Positions 16,771-30,124 of a DNA stretch of 64,000 bases are shown here, piece after piece. The notes under the pieces are model-generated. The model did not search any database and was not told the DNA's origin. It was given only the letters and a program-made list of their open reading frames with translations. Both the position numbers and the translations under genes were made by a program. Every line of letters starts with the position of its first letter. Position 1 is the stretch's first letter. Location: assembly GCA_964016885.1 (NCBI GenBank), contig OZ024740.1, positions 121,768,001 through 121,832,000 on the forward strand, in the 5' to 3' direction. The stretch is from Eledone cirrhosa. Its lineage: Eukaryota.

Positions 16771-16988
16771 AGGGCGGTGGATTAGCAGTATCGGTAGAGA
16801 GTCGGACGCCATGCTTTCCAGCATAGTTACGTCCCTTTACGATCTGAGTTCAAATCCCGCCGAGGTTGACTTTGCCTTTCATCCTTACGGGGTCGATAAA
16901 ATAAAGTACCAGTAATGCACTGGGTAATTGCTGGCCTTGTGCTAAAAGTGGAAACAAGTATTATTATTTTTATTATTATTATTATTAC
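16771..16988 (+). mobile_element. tRNA-derived SINE (tandem copy 2)
   Basis: A/B boxes, core and ATT tail. Confidence 0.92.
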
Positions 16989-19690
16989 AGCTGCATTTAT
17001 CTTGCTTTATGTTCATACGAGTTATCACCAAGTCACAACCAGTGACCTCAAGAGACAACAAGGTCCGCCTTGTTCAAGAAAGAACATATATACACACACA
17101 TGCATCTTTAGGTGTTTAGACTTGTGGTGTACTTATATTGACAGAATCTTCCTTAGTATATATTAGCAGGCATACCCTCTTTTTAAAGTCTTTCAATACT
17201 ATATCAGGTCTATTTGCATCTATTTTTCGGTCTGTTTGGATGCTAAAGTTCCACAAGATTGAGATGTGATCTTTTTCAAGTATGGCAGGTGGTTGATGCT
17301 CCCACCAATTCTTTTGATGGGGCAGGTCAAAATGCTTACACATTATCCAATGTATGTATTGTGCAGCTCTGTTATGCCTGTTTAGGTATTCGGTTGGAGC
17401 TATAGGACTGCACATTGAAATTATATGGTCAATGGTCTCTGGTTGTTTTTTACATACACGGCATAATGGGCTGCATCCATTTTTTATTATGTTGGCTTGG
17501 TAATTTTTTGTTGGCAGACACTGATCTTGTGCTGATATAATCAGTCCTTCAGTCTCCGATTTCAGTCCAGAGGATGCCAACCACTGGTGGGTTAAAGTTT
17601 TGTCAACATCAGGATTGTTAGCTCGTTCTGGGTATTTTCCATACAGATGCTTTTCTTGCCATTTCTTAGCCAGTTTCTGTAGCAGTTCTTTATTTGCAGT
17701 TACTTTTACCTGCTTTGCTTTTTTGTGTGTTTTCCATTTCAGCAGTAAATGGGACTTCTGAAATGTGTAGTCCATTACTGTGTGCATCTTTTGTAATGGA
17801 GTATGATCTTTTGATGCTTTCAAGTTTCAAAACGAGTTTAATCATCCAATCATGTGATTCCCTTAGATATGTAGATAATCCAATTGTTGCAGTTTTCAAC
17901 GCAATGTCTAACTGGATTAACCCACGTCCTCCTTCTTTTTTCTAGGGAGATATATTCTATCTGTATATGCCTTAGGGTGATGCATTCTGTGCATGGTTAA
18001 GAATTTTCAAATTTTTGTATCGATCCTACGGATCTCTGTGCTTGACCAGTTGATGAAATTGTAACTGTAGGTTACTACTGGTATGCCAAGCGTGTTTATG
18101 GCATCGATCCTATTCCTTGCATTCAATTCCGTTCTTAAGATTGCTCTTACTCTGCGGTAACATTCCTTCTTTATCCTTTCCCTCATTGTCGAGTGCTTGA
18201 TTCCGTCTCCTTCACAAACACCCAGATATTTGTAAGATTCCTCTTGATCAAGTTCTCTTATCACATTCCCTTGATCAGGATTAATGTCTGAACTTTTCAG
18301 CAGCTTTCCTCTGGTGAACGTTGCTTTGGCGCATTTATCTAGTCCAAACTCCATTTTAATGTCATCACTGAACTGTCCACAGTGGATAATAGCCCTTGCA
18401 AACGTTCATCATTTTTTGCAAATAGTTTCAGGTCATCCATGTAGAACAAGTGATTGATGGTTTTGTCATAGACTTTATATCCATGTTTTGTTTCATTGAG
18501 CATTTTACTTAATGGTATAAGTGCGATGCAGAATAAAAGCGGTGATAAAGAATCACCCTGAAAAATTCCACAATTAATATTAACTTCTCCAGCTTCCAGT
18601 GATTTTGTTTCACTATTCAAAAGGAGTGTCGTTTTCCATGTCTTCATACTGAATGACAAAAACCTCCTGACAACGCGTGATATTTTGAAAATCTCTAAAC
18701 ATTTTTCAATCCAACTGTGTGGCAAACTATCAAATGCTTTTTTATAATCTATCCAAGGAATTGATAGATATTTGTGTCTATTATGACAAACTTCCAGTAT
18801 CATTTTGTTAACAAAAAGCTGATCCTTTCAGCCATATGAGCCTCGTTTACACCCTTTCTGCTCAATGGGAAATAGGTCATTTGTTATCAGGTGGTCATAT
18901 GTATATTCAGTTAGGACTGATGTTAACATTTTATACATTGTGGTCAAGCAAGTTATCGGTCTGTAAGTTTTGGGATTGTTTGTCTCATCATTCTTCGGAA
19001 GCAGGAATGTAATGCCGTTAACTAGCCATGATTGTATCTTTTCTGGCTCCTTAAATATTTCATTGTAATGTTGGGCTAACAGCTCATGAGACTCTATGAA
19101 GGCATTTATCCAAACATTTTGTATTTTGTCTTTTCCTGGGGATTTCCATTTGCTGGTTTTTCTTAGAGCCAAACGCTTATATTTTCCTGTTATATTTTCC
19201 CATATTTGTTCCTCAAGGTGAGCTGTATCTTTCATTTGTCTGTCTATCCATGGGGCATGTATATTATGAACTTTTTCTTCGGCCCAAATCTTTTCCCAGA
19301 ATTCTTGCACTTCCTCCTTGGGTGGTATTGATTTAGCAGTTATTGTTGACTTACCAATTTTTCTGTAGAAGTTTCTTTGGTTGGTTTTGAACATATTATT
19401 GTCCTTATAGAATCTAGATCGTTTTTCAAAGCGCCTTATACGAGCAGCTTTGGCCGACACTTTTTGCTTGATTATTTCTATCAGCATGCCTATGTCACTT
19501 GTTGGTTTTATACTGTACTTTCTTTTCAATTTTCTAAGTTTAGTTTGTTTAACATGTTCACCTACTTTATAGTTTTTTTTAATTTCTCTTTCAGATCGGA
19601 GAAGGTTTATTTGGCGATTAATGTTCTCTTGCAAAGTAGATATCTTGTGGGAATTCCTTTGTTTTTTCATCTTCACTCCACATAAGTTAG
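16989..19690 (-). mobile_element. R4/Dong-clade non-LTR retrotransposon family A (RT + CCHC + REL), frameshifted, 5'-truncated
   Basis: WKSPGKD, YRPITCL, WIDYKKAFDS, GIFQGDSLSP, FYMDDLK, CRVC..ETIDHIISMC, NRPDIV; REL C-terminus internally deleted near 17155. Confidence 0.92.
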
Positions 19691-19691
19691 T

Positions 19692-22600
19692 TATTATTAT
19701 TATTATTATTATTATTTTTATTACTCTTTGAGTCTCAGTCATTGATGTTTGTTAACTGGAAATTTTGTTGAAATGAATATCAAGCCACTACCTGCAGCCT
19801 CAAATATTCAGGACGTATCGGATGGTTCTTGCTGTTCCCAGCAAGCATGCCTTTTGAAGCATTCCAAAAAGCGTGAAGGGGACAATTTTATTTAACCATC
19901 CCTGGGAACTTTTTGAGATAGTCCCTAGTGCGCCTATGACAATCGGGATCACTTTGACTTCATGGCAGTTCCAAATCCTTTTTACTTCCCACTTTAAGTC
20001 CTGGTATCGGTTAATTTTCTCCTTCTCCTTCTCTTGCACTCTCGTGTCGAATGGGCAGGCCACATCCACAATCAGGCACGATCTTTTTTCTTTGTCCAAA
20101 ACCACCAGGTCAGGTCTATTGTGTTCCAGTTTCTTGTCCGTCTGTATCCTAAAATCCTACAGCACCTTCACCTGATCGTTTTCTATCACCGCCTCTGGCT
20201 TATGCTCATACCACTTCTCAAAATGTGGTAAATTGTTTACTTTGCATAGGTGCCAGTGGATCACCCTGCCCATCACATCATGTCTCCAGCCCTTATAGTG
20301 AGTCTGGGCTAGGTGTTTACACTCGGATACAATGTGAGCCACAGTCTCCTCTCTCTCTCCACATATCCTGCACAGTGGGCTAGCCTCCTCCTTGTAAATG
20401 TGGTGTTTCAACCACTTCGGTTTGAGGGCCTGCTCCTGCGCAGCCATTAACATTCCTTCTGTAGCCTTTTTAAGGTCTCCTCTTTTCAACCAGTTCCATG
20501 TCTGTGGATCTCTAAATTCAATTCTCTCAAAGAAGGTACTCTGAAGGGATTTTTCCTGAAGGCTGCTCTTTCTTGTTGATGTTATTTCCTCCTTGGACAT
20601 CCCCTGGCCTATTGTCCCCTCCTTCAGTACAGTTCTGAGAATTGGCTCCTTACTATCAGTCACGTATTTGTGTAGGTTGTTTATCTCTATCTGAACACAG
20701 TCCTCTATGCTGATAACACCTCTTCCATCCTCAGATCTCCTTAAGTAGAGTCTATCGACATCACTCCTCTTGTGGAACATGTTGTAGATAGTCAATAGTT
20801 TCCTAGTCTTCCTATCCATTTCTTTTTGTTCATCAACATTCCATCTCAGAATTCCCGCACTGTACCTAATAATAGACACAGCTCGGGAATTTACTGCACT
20901 TATGGCATTCCTACTGTTCAGATGTGACTTTAATACGCTCCTTACTCTCCGAAGGTATTCAATTCTTATCAATTCCTTCATTTTTTTGTTCTTGATGTCA
21001 TCAGCCTCCAGAACACCCAAATACTTGTATCCTTCCTCAGAGTCAATTTCCTTTATCATCTCACCTGTTGGTATCTGGATTCCGTTACTTCTGCTCAACT
21101 TTTCCCCCTCATCACAATGACTCCACACTTACTAATACCAAATTGCATACATATATCATTGCTGAAAATACGGACAGTGTAAACAAGCACATCCAACTCC
21201 TTCTCACTCTTCCCGAAGAGCTTAAGATCGTCCATGAAGAGGAGGTGATTGATGGTAAGCCCTCCCTTTCCAAACCTGTATCCTGCTCTCACTGGTCAGG
21301 CGTATCAGGGGCGCAGTACACCGGTCAGGGGCATCAGGGCAAGGACAAACAACAGAGGGGACATACTATCTCCCTGGATGATACCTCTCTTGATCTTCAC
21401 GCATCCCAAGGATTCTCCAGTTGATGTTAACTCTGTTTCCCAGGATTTCATACATTTGCCCAACAACTGTCTGATGTTATCTTCCACCTTGAAGATCTCC
21501 AGACTTTTGGTGATCCAAGAATGAGGCACCATGCCAAATGCCTTTTTGTAGTCTATCCATCCCATGGCAAGACCAGTGTGTCTCCTCCTACAATTCCTCA
21601 TTACCATCTTATCAATACGTAACTGGTCCTTTGTACCACGTGACTTCTTTCGGCATCCTTTCTGTTCGTCCGATAACAAGTTGTTTGTGTGGAGGTGATG
21701 GTAGATTTCCTCCGACAATGCTTGTCAACAGTTTCCACATTAAGGACAGATATGTGATAGGTCTATAGTTGGTAACATCATTACCCTTGATTCGGTCTTT
21801 CATTATCAGAACTGTGGTACCTTTTGTCAACCACTCTGATACCTCACCTGACATCAAGCAGTCATTGAACATGGTTGTCAGTTTCGGGTGGAGGGATGTT
21901 ATGTTTTAATCCAATACTTCTGCACACCATCTGGGCCAGGTGATTTCAAGTTGGTTAGTTTTTTGGCCTGCCCCTTAAGAGTTTCAACTGTGATACTCAA
22001 ATCAGTTTGTTGGTGTGCCTGTTCACTGATCTCCTTCTGTGCTGTCTTAATCCACACTGCCTGGTCATTATGTTTAACATCCTGCTCCCATATTCCTCTC
22101 CAGAATGTTTTAGTTTGTTCCGCCTCAGGGATGAAGTCGTTGCCTCTTTCTTTCCCTTCAAGCTGTCCAACCAAACATCTTCTGGTTGTTGTCGAACATA
22201 TGGTTCTGTCTATACTGACTGACTCTGTTCTCGTATCGCCTGATTTTTGCACTCTTTGCTATAATGCGTTGCTTCAGTTCCTCTTTGATAATATTTAGCT
22301 TTTTACTCCTAGTTTTGTACTTTATTTCCAGTCTATTTTTAGTGTCTATGTTTTTTAGTGTCCCATTCAGTAGGGACTCAAGCTTTCCAATGTCATTTCT
22401 CATTTCCCTGATTTAACGACTCAGTCGTTTCTTCCACCAAGGCTCTGCTCTTTCTTGTCTGTTGTTTCCTCTCGCTTTTATACCAAGTAGTTTCCTCACC
22501 GTATTTGCTGTTGCTTTGAGGATATTGTTGCACTGGTGAAGGCTCCTCGCCTCAAGGTATGGGATGACTTTGTTTACCTTAGCTGTTGTTTCTTTTAACT

Positions 22601-24843
22601 TTTTCCTGTCTACAAATCTTAGGTTCATAGGTCTCCCACTATCATTGTTCAATTCATCTACCACTAAGTTTAGGAGATCAACCAAATCTTGTCCTACCCC
22701 GTCAGCATTCATCTCCTCAGTGGCCGTATTTCTGTTCCAGGTACTATTTATCTCAGCATTCAGATCATTGTCTGCTTCGGGTGGTTACTCCGTTCTCTCG
22801 ACCTCTTCACCTCTATTTCCCACTAGCTCGTTTGCATGGCATACCCCACTCTCCCTCTCCAAGCTAATCTCTCTGCTCAGTTCCTCCAGTTCTAGCTCGC
22901 TTATCCACCCATTAGTTCTTATTACCCGAGCCTGCCCGGCCAATTTTTGTTCATCTAATTTAAATAGACCAATCTCGTTTCAGATGTTATGCATCCGTTT
23001 CCTATAGCCTGTCTCCTTGGGGTTACTCTTCAGGTAACATTGCATAACAGTTCTATTCAATTCTTTCGTCCAGTTGGTTCTGGTCCCTTTCCTTCTTCTT
23101 CTTCCTCCGACACCAGCAGTATTTGGTTGACAGCCAGGTTCTTGCTGCTGAGCTAGGGAGCACCTGTTGGGTGAGAGTCTGTTACATGACATTCTAGTCT
23201 CCATTTCACCGTTATTCGAACTGTTTAGGTTCGACATTTAAACACTCCTATCGAGGATTGGCGAATGTATGGTTACATAACCAGCGGTGAATTCATCGTC
23301 TCCGGTGGTTTCATCACTCCACGTGACTTTTGTGTGGCATTATCACGCTGTAGACGAACACAAATAAACAAACAAACAAACAGCCAGAAAAAAACCCCAA
23401 AATGAATAAGCATAATTTCATTGTAATGTAGTGTTTGAATGTCTGACTTAGTTTTTCCCTTCCCTTCTCAGTCCGTCTGTTTGTTTTTCTCTTCATTCTT
23501 ATTTTCTTTACGTTTGTCGTTGTTGCTGTGCTGCTTTGATTTTGATTTTTTTTTTATTTGACCGGGTCATCAATTCAGTCTATTTATATATTTTGATGCC
23601 TTCCTCTTTTTGTGAGAATTCTACAATGTAGCATGGGCTAGCGGGAGAGAATAGCGGCGGTAGTGATAATGAGGCTGTGGTGGTGGTAGTGGTGGTGGCG
23701 GTGCTGTGCTAGCAGCAACTAGCAGGAGGTGGTGGGAGAGAATAGCAGCGGTAACGATAATGAGGCAGTGGTGCTGGTGATGTGGTCGTATTACTGTAGT
23801 GATGGTGTTGAAGTTGGAGTAGAAATTTGTGTCGACTTGACCAGAGTTTTCATCGTGGTAGTGGTGGTGTTGGTGGTGAAATTATCTTTAGTGAAATTAT
23901 TATTAGTCGCGTATATGTGATGACATATTTTTCTTAATAATGGAATTAAACATTTTGTTAAAACTAAAACATGATTTTTATTTTATTTTTCTTTATTTTG
24001 ACCGGGTCATCAATTCAGTCTATTTGTATATTTTGATGCCTTCCTCTTTTAGTGGGAATTCTACAATGTAGCAGGGGGCAGCGGGAGAGAATAGCGGCGG
24101 TAGTGATAATGAGGCAGTGGTGGTGGTGGTGGTGGTGGTGGTGGCGGTGCTGTGCTAGCAGCAACTAGCAGGAGGTAGTGGGAGAGAATAGCGGCGGTAG
24201 CGATAAGGAGGCAATGTTGGTGGTGATGTGGTCGTATTACTGTAGTGATGGTGTTGAAGTTGGAGTAGAAATTTGTGTCGACTTGACCAGAGATTTCATC
24301 GTGGTAGTGGTGGTGGTGTTGGTGGTGAATTTATGGTTAGTGAAATTATCGTTAGTCGCGTATATGTGTTGACATATTTTACTTAATATTGGAATTAAAC
24401 ATTTTGTTAAAACTAAAATTTGAGGCAATAATAAAAGTAATTATTATTATTATGCTGAGATTGGTGGTGGTGGTTGTGAAATTGCCGTTATCTGGCTGTT
24501 GTGTTTAGTGTACACAGAGGGGTGATGGGGTAGGTGGTGTATCTAGTTTCTGATGTTGGTGAAATTGCTGTTATTTGCCTGTTCTATATAGTGTAGACAG
24601 AGGGGATTTCTTCCATTTATAACTATTTTCTTTTTTTGAATATAAAATGTATAATACAACATTGAATATTTGAGCGATATAACAATATATTATGGATCCG
24701 AAATTGTTTGGGACTCAAGCCGGATGTTTTATGTATCATTTGTACTAAGAATTGTTATTTCACAATTGATTTAAATATGTTAAAAAATCAAAACTTACGG
24801 TAGTGAGTTCACGACCTTCTATCCACCATGTGCGTCTTCTTCC
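19692..24843 (-). mobile_element. R4/Dong-clade element family B, full-length degenerate copy
   Basis: ORF pieces 19800-23237 colinear with the 24979-28370 ORF; (TAA)n tail; 5' end homologous to ~29880-30045. Confidence 0.93.
23545..24420. repeat. Two ~440-bp tandem units in the 5' UTR of the Dong copy
   Basis: TTTGACCGGGTCATCAATTCAGTC...TTTTGTTAAAACTAAAA occurs twice (from ~23557 and ~23997). Confidence 0.85.
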
Positions 24844-24844
24844 C

Positions 24845-24892
<48 letters not shown>

Positions 24893-24978
24893 GTTATTGT
24901 TATTCCTTGAATCTCAGTCATTGATGTTGGTTAACTGGAAAGTCCGTTGGATTGAATATCAAGCCACTACCTGCAGCC

Positions 24979-27900
24979 TCAGATATTCAGGACGTATCGG
25001 AGGGTTCTTGCCGTTCCAAGCAAGCATGCCTTTTGAAGCGTTCCAAAAAGCGTGAAGGGGCCGATTTTCTTTAACCATCCCTGGAAACCTTTGGAGATAG
25101 TCCCCAGTGCGCCTATGACAATCGGGATCACTTTGACTTCATGGCAGTTCCAAATCCTTTTCACCTCCCACTTTAGGTCCTGGTATCGGTTAATTTTCTC
25201 CCTCTCCTTCTCTTGCACTCTCGTGTCGAACGGGCAGGCCACATCCACAATCAGGCACGATCTTTTTTCTTTGTCCACAACCACCAGGTCAGGTCTATTG
25301 TGTTCCAGTTTTTTGTCCGTCTGTATCCTAAAATCCCACAGCACCTTCACCTGACTGTACTCCATCACCGCCTCTGGCCTATGCTCATACCATTTCTCAG
25401 AATGTGGTAGATTGTTTACTTTGCACAGGTGCCAGTGGATCACCCTGCCCATCACATCGTGTCTCCAGCCCTTATAGTGGGTCTGGGCTAGGTGTTTACA
25501 CTCGGACACAATGTGAGCCACAGTCTCCTCTCTCTCTCCACAGATCCTGCACAGTGGGCTAGCCTCCTCCTTGTAGATATGGTGCTTCAACCACTTCGTT
25601 TTGAGGGCCTGCTCCTGCGCAGCCATTAGCATTCCTTCTGTAGCCTTTTTGAGGTCTCCTCTTCTCAACCAGTTCCATGTCTGTGGATCTCTAAATTCAG
25701 TTTTCTCAAAGAAGGTACTATGAAGGGATTTTCCCTTAAGGCTGCTCTTCCTCCTTGATGTTATTTCCTCCTTGGGTATCCCCTGGCCTACTGTCCCCTC
25801 CTTCAGTACAGCTCTGAGCATTGGCTCCTTACTATAGGTCACGTATTTGTATCGGTTGTTTTTCTCCATCTGAACACAGTCCTCTATGCTGATAAGACCT
25901 CTTCCACCCTCAGATCTCCTTAGGTAGAGTCTATCGACATCACTCCTCTTGTGGAACATGTTGTAGATAGTCAATAGCTTCCTAGTCTTCCTATCCATTT
26001 CTTTTTGTTCAGCAACATTCCATCTCAGGATTCCCGCACTGTACCTAATAATAGACACAGCTCGGGAATTTACTGCGCTTATGGCATTTCTGCTGTTCAG
26101 ATGTGACTTCAATACGCTCCTTACTCTCCGAATGTATTCAGTTCTTAACAATTCCTTCATTTTTTTGTTCTTTATGCCATCAGCCTCCAGAACGCCCAAA
26201 TACTTGTATCCTTCCTCAGAGTCAATTTCCTTTATCATCTCATCTGTTGGTATCTGGATCCCGTTACTTCTGCTCAACCTACCCCTCCTCATCACAATGA
26301 CTCCACATTTACCAATACCAAACTGCATACATATATCACTGCTGAAAATACGGACAGTGTCAACAAGCACATCCAACTCCTTCTCACTTTTCCCGAAGAG
26401 CTTAAGATCGTCCATGAAGAGGAGGTGATTGATGGTAAGCTCTCCTCTTCCCAACTTGTATCCTGCTCTCACTTTTCGCAGCATAATGGTCAAGGGCATC
26501 AGGGCAAGGACAAACAACAGAGGGGACAGGCTATCTCCCTGGAAGATACCTCTCTTGATCTTCACGCTTCCCAAGGATACTCCAGTTGATGTCAACTCTG
26601 TCTCCCAGGACCCCATACTCCTGCCCAGCAACTGTCTGATGTTATCTGCCACCCTGAAGATCTCCAGGCTTTTGGTGATCCAAGAATGAGGCACCATGTC
26701 AAATGCCTTTCTGTAGTCTATCCATCCCATGGCAAGATCAGTGTGTCTCCTCCTGCAATTCCCCATTACCATCTTATCAATAAGCAACTGGTCCTTTGTA
26801 CCACGTGACTTCTTTCGGCATCCTTTCTGTTCGTCCGGCAACAAGTTGTTTGTGTGGAGGTGATGGTAGATTTCCTCAGACACAATGCTCGTCAACAGTT
26901 TCCACATTACGGGCAGACATGTGATAGGTCTATAGTTGGTAACATCATTACCCTTGATTCGGTCTTTCATTATCAGAACTGTGGTACCTTTTGTCAACCA
27001 CTCTGGCACCTCACCCGACACCAAGCAGTCATTGAACATGGCCGTCAGCTTCGGGTGGAGGGATGTTAAATGTTTAATCCAATACCCCTGCACACCATCT
27101 GGGCCTGGTGATTTCCAGTTGGTTAGTTTTTTGGCTTGCCCCTTAAGAGTTTCAACTGTGATACTCAAATCAGTCTGTTGCTGTGCCTGCTCACCGATCT
27201 CCCTCTGTACTGTCTCAATCCACCCTGCCTGGGCATTGTGTCTAACATCCTGCTCCCATATTCCTCTCCAGAATGTTTTAGCTTGTTCCGCCCCAGGGAT
27301 CAAGTCGTTGCCTCTTTCTTTCCCCTCAACCTGTCCAAACAGCATCTTCTGGTTGTTGTCGAACATGCGGTTCTGTTTATACTGACTGACTCTGTTCTCG
27401 TATCGCCTGATTTTGGCACTCTTTGCTACAATGCGTTGCTTCAATTCCTCTATGATAATATTTAGCTTTTTACTCCTAGTTTTGTATTTTATTTCCAGTC
27501 TAATTTTAGTGCCTATGTTTTTTAGTGTCCCATTCAGTAGTGACTCAAGCTTTCCTATGTCATTTCTCATTTCCCCGATTTGCCCACTCATCGCTTCCTC
27601 CACCACGGCTCTGCTCTTTCTTGTCTGTTGTTTCCTCTCGCTTTTATACCAAGTAGTTTCCTCACCGTATTTGCTGTTGCTTTGAGGATATTGTTGCACT
27701 GGTGAAGACTCCTCGCCTCAAGGTATGGGATGACTTTGTTTACCTTAGCTGTTGTTTCTTTTAACTTTTTCCTGTCTACAAATCTTAGGTTCATAGGTCT
27801 CCCACTATCATTGTTCAACTCATCTACCACTAAATTTAGGATGTCAACCGAATCTTGTCCTAGCCCGTCAGCATTCATCTCCTCAGTGGCCGTATCTCTG

Positions 27901-28370
27901 TTCCAGGTATTATTTATCTCAGTATTCAGATCATTGTCTGCTTCGGGTTGTTCCTCCGTTCTCAGGACCTCCTCACCTTCATTTCCCGCCGGCTCGCTTG
28001 TCTGGCATACTACACCCGCCATCTCCAAGCCATTCTCTCTGCTCAGTTCCTCCAGTTCCAGCTCGCTTATCCACCCATTAGTTCTTATTACCCGAGCCTG
28101 CCCGGCCAATTTTTGTTCATCTAATTTAAATAAACCAATCTCGTTCCAGATGTTATGCATCCGTCTCCTGTAGCCCCTCTCCTTGGGGTTACTTTTCAGG
28201 TAGCATTGCATAACAGTTCTATTCAATTCTTTCGTCCAGTTGGTTCTGGCCCCTTTCCTTCTTCTTCTTCCTCCAACATCAGCAGTATTTGGTTGACAGT
28301 CAGGTTCTTGCTGCTGAGCCAGGGGGCACCTGTTGGGTGAGAGTCTGTCACATGACGTTCTAGTCTCCAT
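24979..28370 (-). CDS. Reverse transcriptase / zinc knuckle / restriction-like endonuclease polyprotein (frameshift near 27590)
   Basis: ORFs 27588-28370 and 24979-27699: WKSPGPDG, YRPITCL, GIFQGDSLSP, FMDDLK, CRIC..ETVAHIVSEC, RHD, NRPDLVV, DVACPFD, K..RYQDL. Confidence 0.93.
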
Positions 28371-28939
28371 TTCACCGTTATTCGAACTGTTTATGTTCGA
28401 TATTTAAACACTCTTATCGAGGATTGGCGAATGTATGTTTACATAGCCATCTGTGGATCCGCCATCCCACTTGGCCCTTGTGTGGCATTATCACCACGCT
28501 GTATACGGACACACATAAACAAACAAACACACGGGCAGAAAGGGCCCCAAAAATGAATAAGCATAAGTTTCATTGTAATGTAGTATTCGAATGTCTGACT
28601 TAGTTTTTGTTTTTTAAGTTTTACTTTTTCCCCCCTCTTCTCTGTCCGTCCGCCTGCTTCTCTCTTCATTCTTATTTTCTTTACGTTTTGGGGGTTTCTT
28701 TTTTTGTTTTTGTTTTTCTCTGTTTTTCTCGTTTTTTACTGTTGTTGCTGTGCTGCTTTTGTTGTTTGTTTTTTCTTTTTTCTTTTGAGTCTATCTATAT
28801 ATTTTGATGCCTTCCTCTTTGTTAGTAGTAGGAATTCTATAATGTGGAAGTGGTAGCCAGCAGAGACTGGCGGCGTTGGCGATACTGAGACAGTGGTGGT
28901 GGTGATGTCGGTACTGAGGCAGTGGTGGCGGTGATGCGA

Positions 28940-29882
28940 CCGTATTACTGTAGTGATGGTGCTGTAGCGGTGGCAGCAGCAGTGAAGGAGTCAGGGGGGG
29001 TGGTGGTGATGGGATAGTGGTGGTAATGATGGCCGTAGTGAGCGGTGGCGGTGAAGGTGAAAATGCTGTTGTGTTTAGTGTACACAGATGATGGGGTGGG
29101 TGGTGCATCTAGTTTCTGGTGTTGGTGAGTTTCGCTGTCCTATATAGTGTAGCCAGAGGAGAGGAGGGGGGGGGGTTCTTCTTCTTCCATTTATAGCCAT
29201 TTTATTTTTTTTTTGGATATACAGTGTACAATACAAAGTTGAATATTTGAATATTTGAGCCGTATTACTGTAGTGATGGTGCTGTAGCGGTGGCAGCAGC
29301 AGTGAAGGAGTCAAGGGGTGGTGGTGGTAATGATGGCCGTAGTGAGCGGTGGCGGTGAAGGTGAAAATGCTGTTGTGTTTAGTGTACACAGATGATGGGG
29401 TGGGTGGTGTATCTAGTTTCTGGTGTTGGTGAGTTTCGCTGTCCTATATAGTGTAGCCAGAGGAGAGGAGGGGGGGGGGGGTTCTTCTTCTTCCATTTAT
29501 AGCCATTTTATTTTTTTGGGATATACAGTGTACAATACAAAGTTGAATATTTGAATATTTGAGCCATATTACTGTAGTGATGGTGCTGTAGCGGTGGCAG
29601 CAGCAGTGAAGGAGTCAAGGGGTGGTGGCGGCGGTGATGGGATAGTGGTGGTAATGATGGTCGTAGTGAGCGGTGGCGGTGAAGGTGAAAATGCCGTTGT
29701 GTTTAGTGTACACAGATGATGGGGTGGGTGGTGTATCTAGTTTCTGGTGTTGGTGAGTTTAGCTGTCCTATATAGTTTAGCCAGAGGAGAGGAGGGGGGG
29801 GTTCTTCTTCTTCCATTTATAGCCACTTTTTTTTTGGATATACAGTGTACAATACAAAGTTGAATATTTGAATATTTGAGCC
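28940..29882. repeat. Three ~300-320-bp tandem units in the 5' UTR of the Dong copy
   Basis: CGTATTACTGTAGTGATGG...TTGAATATTTGAGC units start at ~28940, ~29260 and ~29564. Confidence 0.9.
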
Positions 29883-30044
29883 TTATAACAATATATTTTG
29901 GGTCCGAATTTTTTTTGGGCTCAAGCCGGGTGCTTTACGTAGCATTTGTACTAAGAGTTGTTATTTCACAAATGATTTAAATATGTTAAAAATTCAAAAC
30001 TTACGGGAGCGATTTCATGACCTCCGTCACCTCGTGCGTCTTCA

Positions 30045-30121
<77 letters not shown>

Positions 30122-30124
30122 GAT

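Larger units (their letters stand above)
24846..30045 (-). mobile_element. R4/Dong-clade element family B, full-length near-intact copy
   Basis: (TAA)n at both ends, ~1.6-kb 5' UTR, single long ORF with one frameshift. Confidence 0.95.

Noticed and set aside
19873-28173. Plus-strand ORFs overlapping the Dong elements
   Set aside because: Antisense shadows of the RT ORF
28380-28510. Possible twister/HDV ribozyme upstream of the Dong ORF
   Set aside because: Core consensus not matched and the region differs between the two copies
28940-29882. CRISPR-like array
   Set aside because: Eukaryotic context; long tandem units with no unique spacers or cas genes
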